A stretch of 64,000 nt of DNA from Camelus ferus (Eukaryota). Of the stretch, positions 53,075 to 64,000 are shown in pieces. Position 1 is the stretch's first letter, and each line of letters starts with the position of its first letter. The position numbers were made by a program, and so were the translations under genes. The DNA lies in NCBI RefSeq assembly GCF_009834535.1, contig NC_045697.1, forward strand, positions 99,078,001 through 99,142,000, written 5' to 3'. The notes under the pieces are model-generated. The model was not told the DNA's origin. It saw nothing but the letters and a program-made list of their open reading frames with translations, and made no database searches.

Positions 53075-53940
53075 TTTTAGGTAAAATCTATCTAGCAAAA
53101 TGCACAGATCTGAAGTGTACCATCTGAGTTTTGACAACATGTACACCTGTGTCATTCAAATCCCTATCAAGACATGGAACATGACCTCCACTCAAAGTTT
53201 CCCTCAGGTCCTTCCCAGCCTCTTTCAGAGGCAAACAGTGCTCTAATTTCTTTTCATCTTAGTTTAGTTTTTGCCCATTCAGCAGGTACCCCTTGTACAG
53301 TGCTTCATTCACTCAGCCAGATGTTTTTGAGATTCGCGGTGCTGTCCTCAGTTGTCTCTTTTCATTGCCGGTGGTGTTCCATTGTATGGTGGTCACGGTT
53401 GGGCCATTCTCTTGTGGATACATTTCCAGGCTGTTTGCAGTGTTTAGCTATTAGGAATAAAGCTGCAGTGAACATTCTGTGCGAGTTTTTTGGACATGTG
53501 CTTTTTTTGTCCTCTTGGGTAAATACTCAAGAATAAATTGCTGGGTCAAAAAGTATGTTTAGTTTTCTAAGAAACTACCAGACCTTTTCCTAAATTGGCT
53601 GTGTACCATTTTGCATTCCTACCACCATTAGAGGTTGCCAGTATCACCAACATTTTATGTTGTTAGTCTTTTTTAAAATTTAGCCATTCTGGTGGGTGGG
53701 AAGTGGTATCATCTCGTCGTTTTAAGTCGCAGTTTGCTGATGTGGGAAGATGTAGAAAGTTTTTCATGTGCTTATTGGTACAGTTGTTTATCTTGCTATG
53801 TGAATTTTCTATTCAAAGCTTTGGCCCATTTAATCAAAAAACCAAGTTGTTTTCCTTTCATTATTGACTTGTCAGAGTTCTCTACATATTTTACGTACAA
53901 GTCTTTTGTCAGATACATATTTTGTGAGCATTTTCTCAGT
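53075..53940 (-). mobile_element. Old L1M 3' fragment in intron 3
   Basis: aaaatgcacagatctgaagtgtac ... ttgctgggtca ... agccattctggtgggtgggaagtggtatc. Confidence 0.65.
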
Positions 53941-54004
53941 TTTCACACTAGGTTTTGAGAGGCTGCCATAACATTCTGTATCTTCTCTATTTTTTTTTTC
54001 TTAG

Positions 54005-54086
54005 TTTTTGCGACTTGTTTGGGTCTGGTGTACATATATGCTCGTTACCAGTATTTCTGGGGATATTCAGAAGATGCTAAAAAAAG
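54005..54086 (+). CDS. MGST2: MGST2 exon 4 (82 nt, VFATCLGLVYIYARYQYFWGYSEDAKKR)
   Basis: Acceptor tttttttttcttag|ttt; donor aaaag|gtaagg. Confidence 0.95.
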
Positions 54087-54552
54087 GTAAGGAGAACCCA
54101 AGAATTGGGTGTTTAGGCAAAAACTAGCAGGATGGAGTCAGAATTAGCATCACTGATGGCTGTGATGGCAAAAGTGATCGCTGTTGCCTCAGGCCATGCA
54201 CAATTAGGTGTGAGACAGGAAATTGCAAGTATGAAATTGTACTGAGTGCACTCTTTGCCCACCACAGTTTAAATTCTTCAAAGATTCTGTATTGTCTCCT
54301 GCAAGTACACCAAGGGAAATAATCCCACCTAACCTTGTTAGTCCTTTGTATGTTCAAAGGAGCCACCTGACCTCTGGGGCTAGGCATCCCCTTTAATTTA
54401 TGTGATGAACCAAATTTTTCAAATGGCAAAAAACATGGAAATTCTGGGCAGTGTCTATAGACACGCGAGGTCTGCGCCAGGCTCCCCAGCTATGAATTTA
54501 GCCCAGGTTATATTTATCACCCCTCTCTCTCATCTCTTATATCCACCCACAG

Positions 54553-54682
54553 GATCACTGGTTTCCGGTTGAGTCTGGGGGTTTTGGCCTTGTTGACCAT
54601 CCTAGGCGCTGTGGGGATTGCCAACAGCTTTCTGGATGAATACCTGGACTTCAACGTTGCCAAGAAACTGAGGCATTTGTAA
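54553..54682 (+). CDS. MGST2: MGST2 exon 5 coding part (130 nt, ITGFRLSLGVLALLTILGAVGIANSFLDEYLDFNVAKKLRHL*)
   Basis: Acceptor atccacccacag|gat; TAA at 54680-54682. Confidence 0.95.
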
Positions 54683-54762
54683 CATTTCCCTCTCCCTTTA
54701 CTCAAATGCTTGCAGATGTTCCATTCTGAAGGTTAGATGGTGTCACTTGTTCAATGAAAAGG

Positions 54763-54768
54763 AATAAA
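54763..54768 (+). terminator. Polyadenylation signal of MGST2
   Basis: AATAAA 80 nt after the stop codon, followed by a T/GT-rich tract (gggttattttttt). Confidence 0.7.
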
Positions 54769-56850
54769 AGGCTCCTTTCTGGGTTATTTTTTTGAAATGG
54801 CTTTGTACAAGCATACCCTTTAGAGATTACATTTCCTGTTCATTTAAGAACTTAAGTTTGCTCTGAGGGGATGTATCCATATCACCAGTGGAAGTGTGCT
54901 GAAGCCCTGGTTTTGGAAGTGGATGCTGAAGTCATGCCTGCTTACAGGGGAGAAAGCGGCCTGAACTGTCCACGTGCAGGGCTGCCTGTGGATCGCCGCC
55001 ATCACTTGTTTCCGAGTCTGCTTCTCTCTTGTTCCAGACAGATGCTGATAAGGCAGCTGAACCCACTTCATTGGTTGCAGGAGAACAACAGATGGCTGCC
55101 CGTGGGGGAAGTCATGCGGTCACATGGAGTAGCCAGAGAAGGGTCATCAACTAATAGCACAAAAGGAATTTGTGAAAATGCACTTTGTAAAGAAAAGGGG
55201 GAAAAGGCGTGTCATTTTCAAGGAACCATCCAGAGAGGAGTGCTCAGGGACTCTGGCCCCTGGGCAGTGGAAGGTGGGTGATGGTCTTAGCCAGAGTGTC
55301 TAGGCTGGGTTCCCGTGCCACATGGCACTGGGGGCCTGCAGCTGTTGGACCCTGATGTGCAGTCACTGGCTGGCACAATGCAAATGGCCTTCCTTCACCT
55401 GTAAAATGGGAATGAGTGAGTCCACCTCACAGGCTTCAGGGACCTTAGGAAAATGGAATTAATGAGTGTATATAAGGAGTTGTCTGTAATTTTTCTGAAG
55501 TTCGACAGACTCTAATCTGGTGTGGGCATCTTCAGGAAGCTTTTTATTGGAACTTCTGTGTGTGTGTGTGTGTGGGTGCAAAGACAGGTTACAGAGGCTA
55601 TGGATACTAGAAAAGAAAGGCATTAACACACTAGCATTTCCAGAATAGTAAGGGAGCAGACATGACAACCTCTGGCATCCCAAACAACAGTGCTAAATAT
55701 CCCAGAATACTCTATCTGTATGGGAATGGGGGGATCTGGATACCAGCCCAGTTCCCCAACTTACTAAATAACGCCCTCTGGGTGGTGTACCTTACGCAAA
55801 AGAAGTGGAGACTGCAGACCCAGACAGCGCTTGACTGGTCTACCCTTTGCTGGCTGTGCTACCGCAGTGTGGTGTAGCTCTCTGCCTCAGTTTTCTCTCA
55901 GCTAAAAAGGGGCTGATATTTTAAAATGCTATGATTCTATGGTCTTTTTACTTTTTGGTATTCTGATCAGTTACGGTGATTCATATTGTAACGTTTTAAT
56001 TGTCTTATACATTGAAGACAGTATCAATAAAGAGAGAATGCAAATTTCATTCTAAAGCACAATTACTGCAAAGTCATTCTTTGGAAATGGGAAAACCCCA
56101 CTATTTTCCAAATATTACACTTGAGGATTTTTAAACAATTTGTTTTGCATTTAAATAGGAATTATTTAAAGCTGTAAACTACAAACACACACACACAGAG
56201 TTTGGTTAAACAACATGTGGATAAAGCCCAGAGTCCCATACAGGATTAATCCTAAGAGGAGCACACCTAGACATGTTATAATTAAAATGACAAAAATTAA
56301 AGAGAATGTTAGAAGCAATAAGGGAAAAGTAACAACATACAAGGGAACTCCCATAAGACTATTCGCTGATTTTTCAGCAGAAACTCTGTAGGCCAGGAGG
56401 AACGGGCATGATATATTTAAAGTGATGACAGTGAAAAACCTATAACCAAGAATACTCCACCGAGCAAGGCGCTCATACAAATTTGATGGAGAAATCAAAA
56501 GCTTTACAGACAAGCAGAAGCTCAAAGAATTCAGCACCACTGAACAGGCTTTACAACAAATACTAAAAGAACTTATCTAGGAGGAACAACTTCTGTAGGA
56601 GGAAAAGAAAAGGCCACAACTAGAAACAAAATGGAAAATCTCACTGGTAAAGGCAAAACATTCAATAAAGGTAAGAAATCACACAAAACTAGGAGGAAGG
56701 TTAAGAGACAAAAGTAGTAAAAATCACCTGTATCCACAATAAGCAGTTAAGGATACACAAAACAATTAAGTGTTAAAATATGGTATCAAAAACAGTCATT
56801 GTGAGGGGAGAAGAATACAAATGCAAGGTATTTAAAATGCATTTGAGATT

Positions 56851-59800
56851 TCCGGTCAAGATGACAAGAGTAGTAGGACCATGAGCTCACATGTCTTCTC
56901 GACTACAACAGAACTACAACTGAGTGATAAACAACCATCAAAAAAAAGGAACCTAGCAAAAAAGATCTTCTTCAACTGGCAACATAAAGAGGGAACCACA
57001 GCAGGCTGGTAGGAGGGGTGTGCTCATGATATAATCGGGCCCCATACCCCCTGGATGGGCCACCTAAAAGCTGAAGAATAATTAAGTTGTAGAGGCCCTC
57101 CCACAGGAGTGAGTTCTGAGCCCCATGTCAGGCTCCCCAGCCCAGGGTTCTGGCATTGGAAGGAGGAGACCCCAGGACATCTGGTTTTGGAGGCCAGTGG
57201 GGCTTAACTCCAGGAGTCCCATGGGACTGGGGAAGAGACTTCATTCTCTTGGGAAGTACACATAGAATCTCTCATGCAAAGGTCCGAAGGCAGAGGCAGT
57301 GATTTCATAGGAACCTGGGCCAGACCTGCCTGCTGGCTTTGGACTCTCTCCTGGGGAGGCAGGGGACAGCTGCAGCTCATACAGGGGACATAAAAGCTGG
57401 TAGTGCACATTCCAGGAGCATTTATCTACATTCCAGGAGTGTTTAGCTTTCCTGGAGGCTGACATTTTGATTGGATTATTAACATCAAGACCTAGCCCCA
57501 CCCAGCAGCCAGTAGGCTTAAGGGCTGGGAATCCTCAGGCCAACAACATACTGGGTGGGAACACAGCCCCTCCATCAGACTTCCTGAACCACAAATGTCT
57601 CTAGACCTACCCCTACCCACCAGAGGTCCAGCACCAATCTTCACACAGTAGTGGGAAGGCACCACCTCCTGCCAGGAAACCTGCATAAGCCTCATCCATC
57701 AGGGGGCAGATGTCAGAAATAAGAAAACAATCCCAAAGCCTGTGGAAGGAATCCACAAATACAGGCCAGACTCTACACTGAGACTGGCTAGACACTGGCC
57801 CTTGGGTGACAAGAGAGGAGGGTACTGCTGGAGAGTTCCACTAATCTGTCTTAAACTCACCAATCCATTCTTCTGCCTCATTTTGTCTATTCTTGGTTCC
57901 TTCTAGTGTGGTATTCATTTCAATAACTTTATTCTTCAGCTCTGGGTATTCTTTATATTTTCCAACTCTGCTAAAAACTTTGCTCTGTGCATCTATACTC
58001 CTCTTGAATTCTCTGACTCTTCACCATCATTCCTCTAAACTCTTTCTCAGATAAACTGCCTATCTCCTCATCACTTAGTTCTTCTGGGATTTTGTTCTTC
58101 CTTGGCCTGGAAGATACTTCTCTGCCTCATATTGCCTCATATTGTCTACCTTTCTATTTGTATTTTTAGATAGGTTATTTACATTTCTCAACCTTGGAGA
58201 AGTGGCCCTCCGTGGGAGACAACGCTATAAGGTTAGAAATCAACCACAAGAAAAAAAAAAAAAACTGCAAAAACTGGAAACATGTGGAGGGTAAATGTAC
58301 TAAACAACCAATGGATCACTGAAGAAATCAAAGAGGAAATTAAAAAAATACTTTGAGACAAATTAAAATGAAAACACAATGATCCCCAAACTTCTGGGAC
58401 ACAGCAAAAGCAGTTCTAAGAGCGAAGTTTATAACAATACAAGGCTACCTCAGGAAATAAGAAAAATCTCAAGTAAACAACCTAATCTTACACCTATGGC
58501 AGCTAGAGAAAGACATACAAACAAAACCCAAAATTAGTAGAAGAAAAGAAATCATAAAGATTAGAGGAGAAATAAATGAAATAAAGACTGAAAAAATTGA
58601 AAACATCAGTGAAACTAACAGCTGGTTCTTTGAAAAGATAAACAAAGTTGATAAACCTTTAGTCAGGGTCATCAAGAAAAAAGGAAAGGGCCCAAATTAA
58701 TAAAATAAAAAATGAAAAAGAAGTTACAACGGATACCACAGAAATACAAGGGATCATAAGAGGCTACTATGAGCAACTATATGACAACAAAAAGGAAAAC
58801 ATAGAAGAAATGGGCAATTTCTTAGAAAGGTACAGTTTGCCAAGACTGAACCAGGAAGAAATAGATAATATGAATAGACCAATTACCAGTACTGAAATTG
58901 AATCAGTAATTTTAAAACTCCCAACAAAAGTCCAGGACCAGATGTCTTCACAGGTGAATTCTACCAAACATTTGGAGAAGAGTTAGCCCCTATCCTTCTG
59001 AAACTATTCCCCCTCCCCCCGAAAAAAAATTGAAGAGGAAGGAACACTTCCAAACTCATTCTATGAACTATCATCACCCTGATACCAAACCCAAAGATAT
59101 CACAAAAGAAGAAAATTGCAGGCCAGTATCACTTATGTATACAGATGCAAAACCATCAACAAAATACTAGCAAACTGACTTCAACAATACCTTAAAAAGG
59201 ATCATACACCATGATCAAGTGGGATTTATCCTAGAGATGCAAGGATTTTTCAATATCTACAACTCAATCAATGTAATACACCACATTAACAAATTGAAGA
59301 GTAACAAACCATATGATCATGTCAATAGATGCAGAAAAACCTTTTGATAAGCACATCCGTATATTATAAAAACTCTCCAGAAAGTGAGCACAGATGGAAC
59401 ACACCTCAACCTAATAAAGGCCATACATGACAAAGGAACAGCTAACATCATACTCAATGGGGAAAAGCTGAAAGCACTTCCTCTAAGATCAGGAACTAGA
59501 CAAGGATGCCCACTCTCGCTATTTTAGTCAACACAGTTTTGGAAGTCCTAGCTGTTAATCAGAGAAGAAAAAGAAATAAAAGGAATCCAAACTGGAAACG
59601 AAAAAGTAAAACTGTCACGATTTTCAGATGACATGATACTCTACTTAGAAAACCCTAAAGAACTGACCAGAAAACTACTAGAACTCATCAATGAATTTGG
59701 TAAAGTTGCAGGATACAAAATCAATATACAGAAATCAGTTGCATTTCTATACACTAACAATGAAATAACAGAAAAAGAAATTAAGGAAACAATACCATTC

Positions 59801-61691
59801 ATCATCACACCTAAAAGAACAAAAAAACTAAGAATAAACCTACCCAAGGAGGCAGAAGACCTGCACTCCCAAAACTATAAGACACTCATGAAATAAAGAT
59901 GACATAAACAAATGGAAAGATATATCATGTTCTTTGGTTGGAAGAATTAATATTGTTAAAATGGCCATACTACCCAAGGCAATATACAGATTCAATGCAA
60001 TCCCTATCAAATTACCAACAACATTTTTTTTACAGAGCTGGAACAAAACAAGTTAAAATTTGTACAGAAACATAAAAGATTCCAAATAGCCAAAATAATC
60101 TTGAAAAAGAATGGAGCTAGGGGAAACATTCTCCCTGATTTCAGACAATACTACAAAGCTCCAGTAACCAAGACAGTATGGTACTGGCACAAAAAACAGA
60201 CACATAGATCAATGGATGGAGCACGACAGAAAGTTCCAGAAATAAACCCACACACTTATGGCCAATTAATTTACAGCAAAGGAGGCAAGGATATACAATT
60301 GAGAAAAGACAGTCTCTTCAACAAGTGGTTCTGGGAAACCTGGACAGCTACCTGTAGAAGACTGAAGTCAAAATATTCTCTAACACCATATTAAAAAATA
60401 AACTCAAAATGGATTAAAGACTTAAATGTAAGACCAGATACTATAAAACTCCTAGAGGAAAACACAAGCAGAACACTCTTGGACATAAGTCACAGCCATA
60501 TATTTTTTGAACCAGCTTCTGCAATAATGGAAATAAAAGCAAAAATAAACAAATGGGATCTAATTAAACTTAAAAGCTTTTGAACAGCTAAGGATACCAT
60601 CAACAAAATGAAAAGACAACCTACTGAATGGGAGAAAATATTTGCAAATGATGCAACTGACAAGGGACTAATTTCCAAAATAGACAAATAGCTGATACAC
60701 CTTAATATCAAAAAAAAAAAAAAAAAAAAGCAACCCAATAAAAAAAATGGGCAGAAGACCTAAATAGACATCTCTCTAAAGACAGACAGATGGCCAACAA
60801 GCACATGAAGAGATGCTCAACACTACTAATTGTTAGAGAAATGCAAATCAAAACTATGGCTGAGATACCACCTCACACAAGCCAGAATAACCATCATTAA
60901 AAAGTCTACAAGTGATAAATGCTGGAGAGAGTGTGGAGAAAAAGAAGCCCTCCTACACTCTTGGTGGGAATGTAAATTGGTGTAGCCACTATGGAGGACA
61001 GTATGGAGGTTTCTTAAAAAACTAAAAATAGTCTTAGCATATGACCCAGCAATCCCACTCCTGGGCATATACCCAGGAGAAAAAAAAACAATTAAAAAAG
61101 ACACATGCACCCCAATGTTCACAGCAGCACTATTTTACAATAGCCAAGACATGGAAACAATGCAAATGTCCATCAACAGATGACTGGATAAAGAATATGT
61201 GGTGTATATATACAATGGAATACTACTCAGCCATAAAAAAGAATAAAATGCCATTTGCAGCAACAGAATGACAATCTCCAGGTCCATCTAAGTGAAGTAA
61301 GGCAGAAAGAGAAAGAAAAATGCCATATGATGTCACTTATATGTGGAATCTTTAAAAAAAAGGACACAAATGAACTATTATTTACAACTTAGATGATTGA
61401 CTTCTTGAATATGTGTAAGCACATTTGACTGTCTCTCATGAATGGATTACTGCATTCTGTTGATTCTTATTTTGTGGTTGGTTTTATTCCTTTGATAATT
61501 GTATAAGTTTAAAAAGCTAAAGCTCCAAACTATTCTTAGAAACAGCGGTACACATGTGTATATTTTAAAATGGTTTTCTCACTCAAAGTGTTGCTCTTCC
61601 TAGAATAAACTTTGTTTCCAAGAACTTTGGGGCTAAAATGATAAATTTTATGTTATATATGTTTTATCAATAACTTTTTTTGAAAAGTGAA
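56851..61691 (+). mobile_element. Inner rearranged L1 (5' UTR, inverted ORF1 start, ORF2, atypical 3' tail) with a 17-bp TSD
   Basis: Begins tccggtcaagatg; TSD aaaatgcatttgagatt (56834-56850) and aaaatgcatttgaaatt (61692-61708); RT peptide [10 protein letters not shown]...[14 protein letters not shown]. Confidence 0.85.
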
Positions 61692-62304
61692 AAAATGCAT
61701 TTGAAATTAAGAGGTCAGCAGCTTAAAGCAATCATATATTCATATTTATATGATTGCTTAGCTGCACAAAAGCTTTTAAGTTATATATATATATAAAATT
61801 TTCATATATATATATGACTGCTATACCAAAACCTCATGGTAACTGCAAACCAAAAATCTATAATTGATATACACACACAAAAAAGAAAAAGGAATCCAAA
61901 CATAATACTTAAGATAGTCACCAAATCATGAGAACAAATGAAAGAAAAAAAAAAAGATCTACAAAAACAAATCCAAGACAATTAACAAAATGGCAATAAG
62001 AACATATTAATAATTACCTTAAATGTAAATGGACTAAATGCTCGGAAAAAAGACAGAGACTGGCTGAATGGATACAAAAATAAGACCTGTAGTTTTGCTG
62101 CCCACAAGAGACTCACTTCAGATCTAGAGATACATACAGACCAACAGTGAGGGGATGGAAAAGGGTATTCCATGCAAATAGAAATCAAAAGAAAGCTGGA
62201 GCAGCAATACTTATATCACACAAAATAGATTTTAAAAGACTCTTACCAGAGACAAAGGACACTACATAATGCTCAAGGAATCAATCCAAGAAGAGGATAT
62301 AACA

Positions 62305-62306
<2 letters not shown>

Positions 62307-62347
<41 letters not shown>
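62307..62347 (+). repeat. (TG)n microsatellite inside the L1 endonuclease region
   Basis: About 20 TG units. Confidence 0.95.
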
Positions 62348-62350
<3 letters not shown>

Positions 62351-64000
62351 CATACATACACATGCACCCATCATAGGAGCACCTTAATATATAAAGCAGT
62401 TGTTGAACAGATATAAAAGCAGAAATCAACAATAACAAAATAATAGTGGGGGACCTTAACATCCTACTTACATCGATGGACAGATCATCTAGACAGAAAA
62501 TCAATAAGGAAACACAGGCCCTAAATAACACATTAGACCAGATGGACTTAACTGATACCTATAGAGCATTCTATCTGAAAGCAACAGAATACACATTCTT
62601 CTTAAGTGCACATGGAACATTCTCCAGAATCAACCACATGCTGGCCCACAAAGCTAGCCTCAGTAAATTTAAGAAAATTGAAATCATACCAAGCATCTTT
62701 TCTGACCACAAATGCTGTAAGGTTAGAAATCAACTACAAGAAAAAAAACTGCAAAAATTTCAAACACGTGGAAGCTAAACAATATGCTACCAACCAGTGG
62801 ATCACTGAAGAAATGAAAGAACAAATAAAAACACAGAGACAAATCAAAATGAAAACACCACAATCCAAAGCCTCTGGGACACAGCAAAAGCAGTTCTAAG
62901 AGAGAAGTTTATAGAGATACATGCTTACCTCGGGAAACAAGAAAAATCTCAAACAACCTAAGCTCTCTAAAGCAACTAAGGAAAGAAGAACAAACAAAAC
63001 CCAAAGTTAGTAGAAGGAAGGAAATCATAAAGATCAGAGAAGAAATAAACAGAGACAACAATAGAAACAAACAAACAAAAAATCAGTGAAACTAAAAGCT
63101 GGTTCTTTGAAAAGATAACCTTTAGCCAGACTCATTATCAATAAAGTTAGAAATGACAAATGAGAAATCACAACTGACACCACAGAAATACAAAGGATCA
63201 TAAGAGTCTATCACGAGCAGCTATATGACAATAAGACAGACAACCTAGAAGAAGTGGACAAATTCTTAGAAGGGCACAATCTCCCAAGACAACTAGGAAG
63301 AAATAGAAAATATGAGTAGACCAAGTATCAGTACTGAATTCAAACAGTAATTTAAAAAACTCCCAACAAACAAAAGTCCAACACCAGATGGCTTCACAGG
63401 TGAATTCTACCAAACATTTAGACAAGAATTAGCACCTATCCTTCTGAAACTATTCCAAAAAATTGAAGGGGAAGGAACACTTCCAAACTCATTCTATGAG
63501 GCCACCATCATCCTGGTACCAAAATCAGACAAAGATATCACACAAAAAAGAAAATTACAGGCCAATATCACTTAGGAACATAGATGCAAAATTCTCAACA
63601 AAATACTAGCAAATCAACTCCAACAATCTATTAAAAGGATCATACAACCAAGATCAAGTGACATTTATCCCAGGGATGCAGGATTTTTCAAAATCCAGAA
63701 ATCAATCAGTGCTGATTCAACATGTTAACAAGTTGAAGAATAAAAACCATATGATCATCTCAATAGATGCAGAAAAACCTTTTGGTAAAATTCAACACCC
63801 ATCTATGATTTAAAAAACTCTCCAGAAAAGTGGGCATAGACAGAACATACCTCAACATAATAAAGGCCTTACATGAAAAACACAGCTAATTAACATCATA
63901 CTGAATGGAGAAAAGCTGAAAGCACTTCCTCTAAGATCAAGAACTAGACAAGGATGCCCACTCTCACCATTTTTAGTCAATATCGTTTTGGAAGCCCTAG

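Larger units (their letters stand above)
22869..54682 (+). other. MGST2: MGST2 gene locus (5 coding exons), reading frame disrupted in exon 3; possible pseudogene or null allele
   Basis: Exons join with GT-AG boundaries. With one base removed from exon 3 they give 146 aa: [145 protein letters not shown]. This matches mammalian MGST2 as I recall it, including the MAPEG FERxxRAxxN motif. Confidence 0.96.
56210..64000 (+). mobile_element. Outer L1 (ORF1 3' half, spacer, ORF2 EN and RT start), split by an inner L1 and running off the window end
   Basis: ORF1-type sequence at 56225-56580; EN peptide GDLNILLTSMDRSSRQKINKET...HGTFSRINHML at 62446. Confidence 0.85.

Noticed and set aside
54800..64000. 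Exons of the usual neighbour MAML3 downstream (or SETD7 upstream)
   Set aside because: No matching coding sequence recognised within the window.
1..64000. CRISPR arrays, operons or other prokaryotic systems
   Set aside because: The sequence is a mammalian intron/repeat landscape with no regularly spaced direct repeats.

Overview
Mammalian genomic DNA, most likely camelid (five copies of a vic-1-like tRNA-derived SINE; no Alu, B1, Bov-A/BovB, PRE-1 or CanSINE recognised). The only gene I can support is MGST2 (microsomal glutathione S-transferase 2, MAPEG family) on the + strand: five coding exons from ATG 22869 to TAA 54682, all introns GT-AG, AATAAA at 54763. Exon 3 is 72 nt where 71 nt is needed to keep the frame, because of a 1-nt insertion at about 51321-51324. 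The five-exon mRNA therefore shifts frame and stops at 54078-54080, 6 nt before the last junction. Skipping exon 2 would restore the frame. This is either a lineage-specific MGST2 loss or null allele, or an assembly error. The rest is transposon-derived: nested and rearranged L1s with TSDs, solo LTRs, MLT, MER20/MER5, L2 and MIR. There is also a truncated 5S rRNA pseudogene in intron 1 and a strong CTCF motif. One downstream L1 has an internal inversion, a 24-bp micro-inversion and a non-canonical 3' tail that recurs next to another L1 piece 32 kb away. Nearly all ORF-track entries are L1 fragments or noise. Repeat boundaries and subfamily names are by eye and approximate; comparisons to human MGST2 are from memory.
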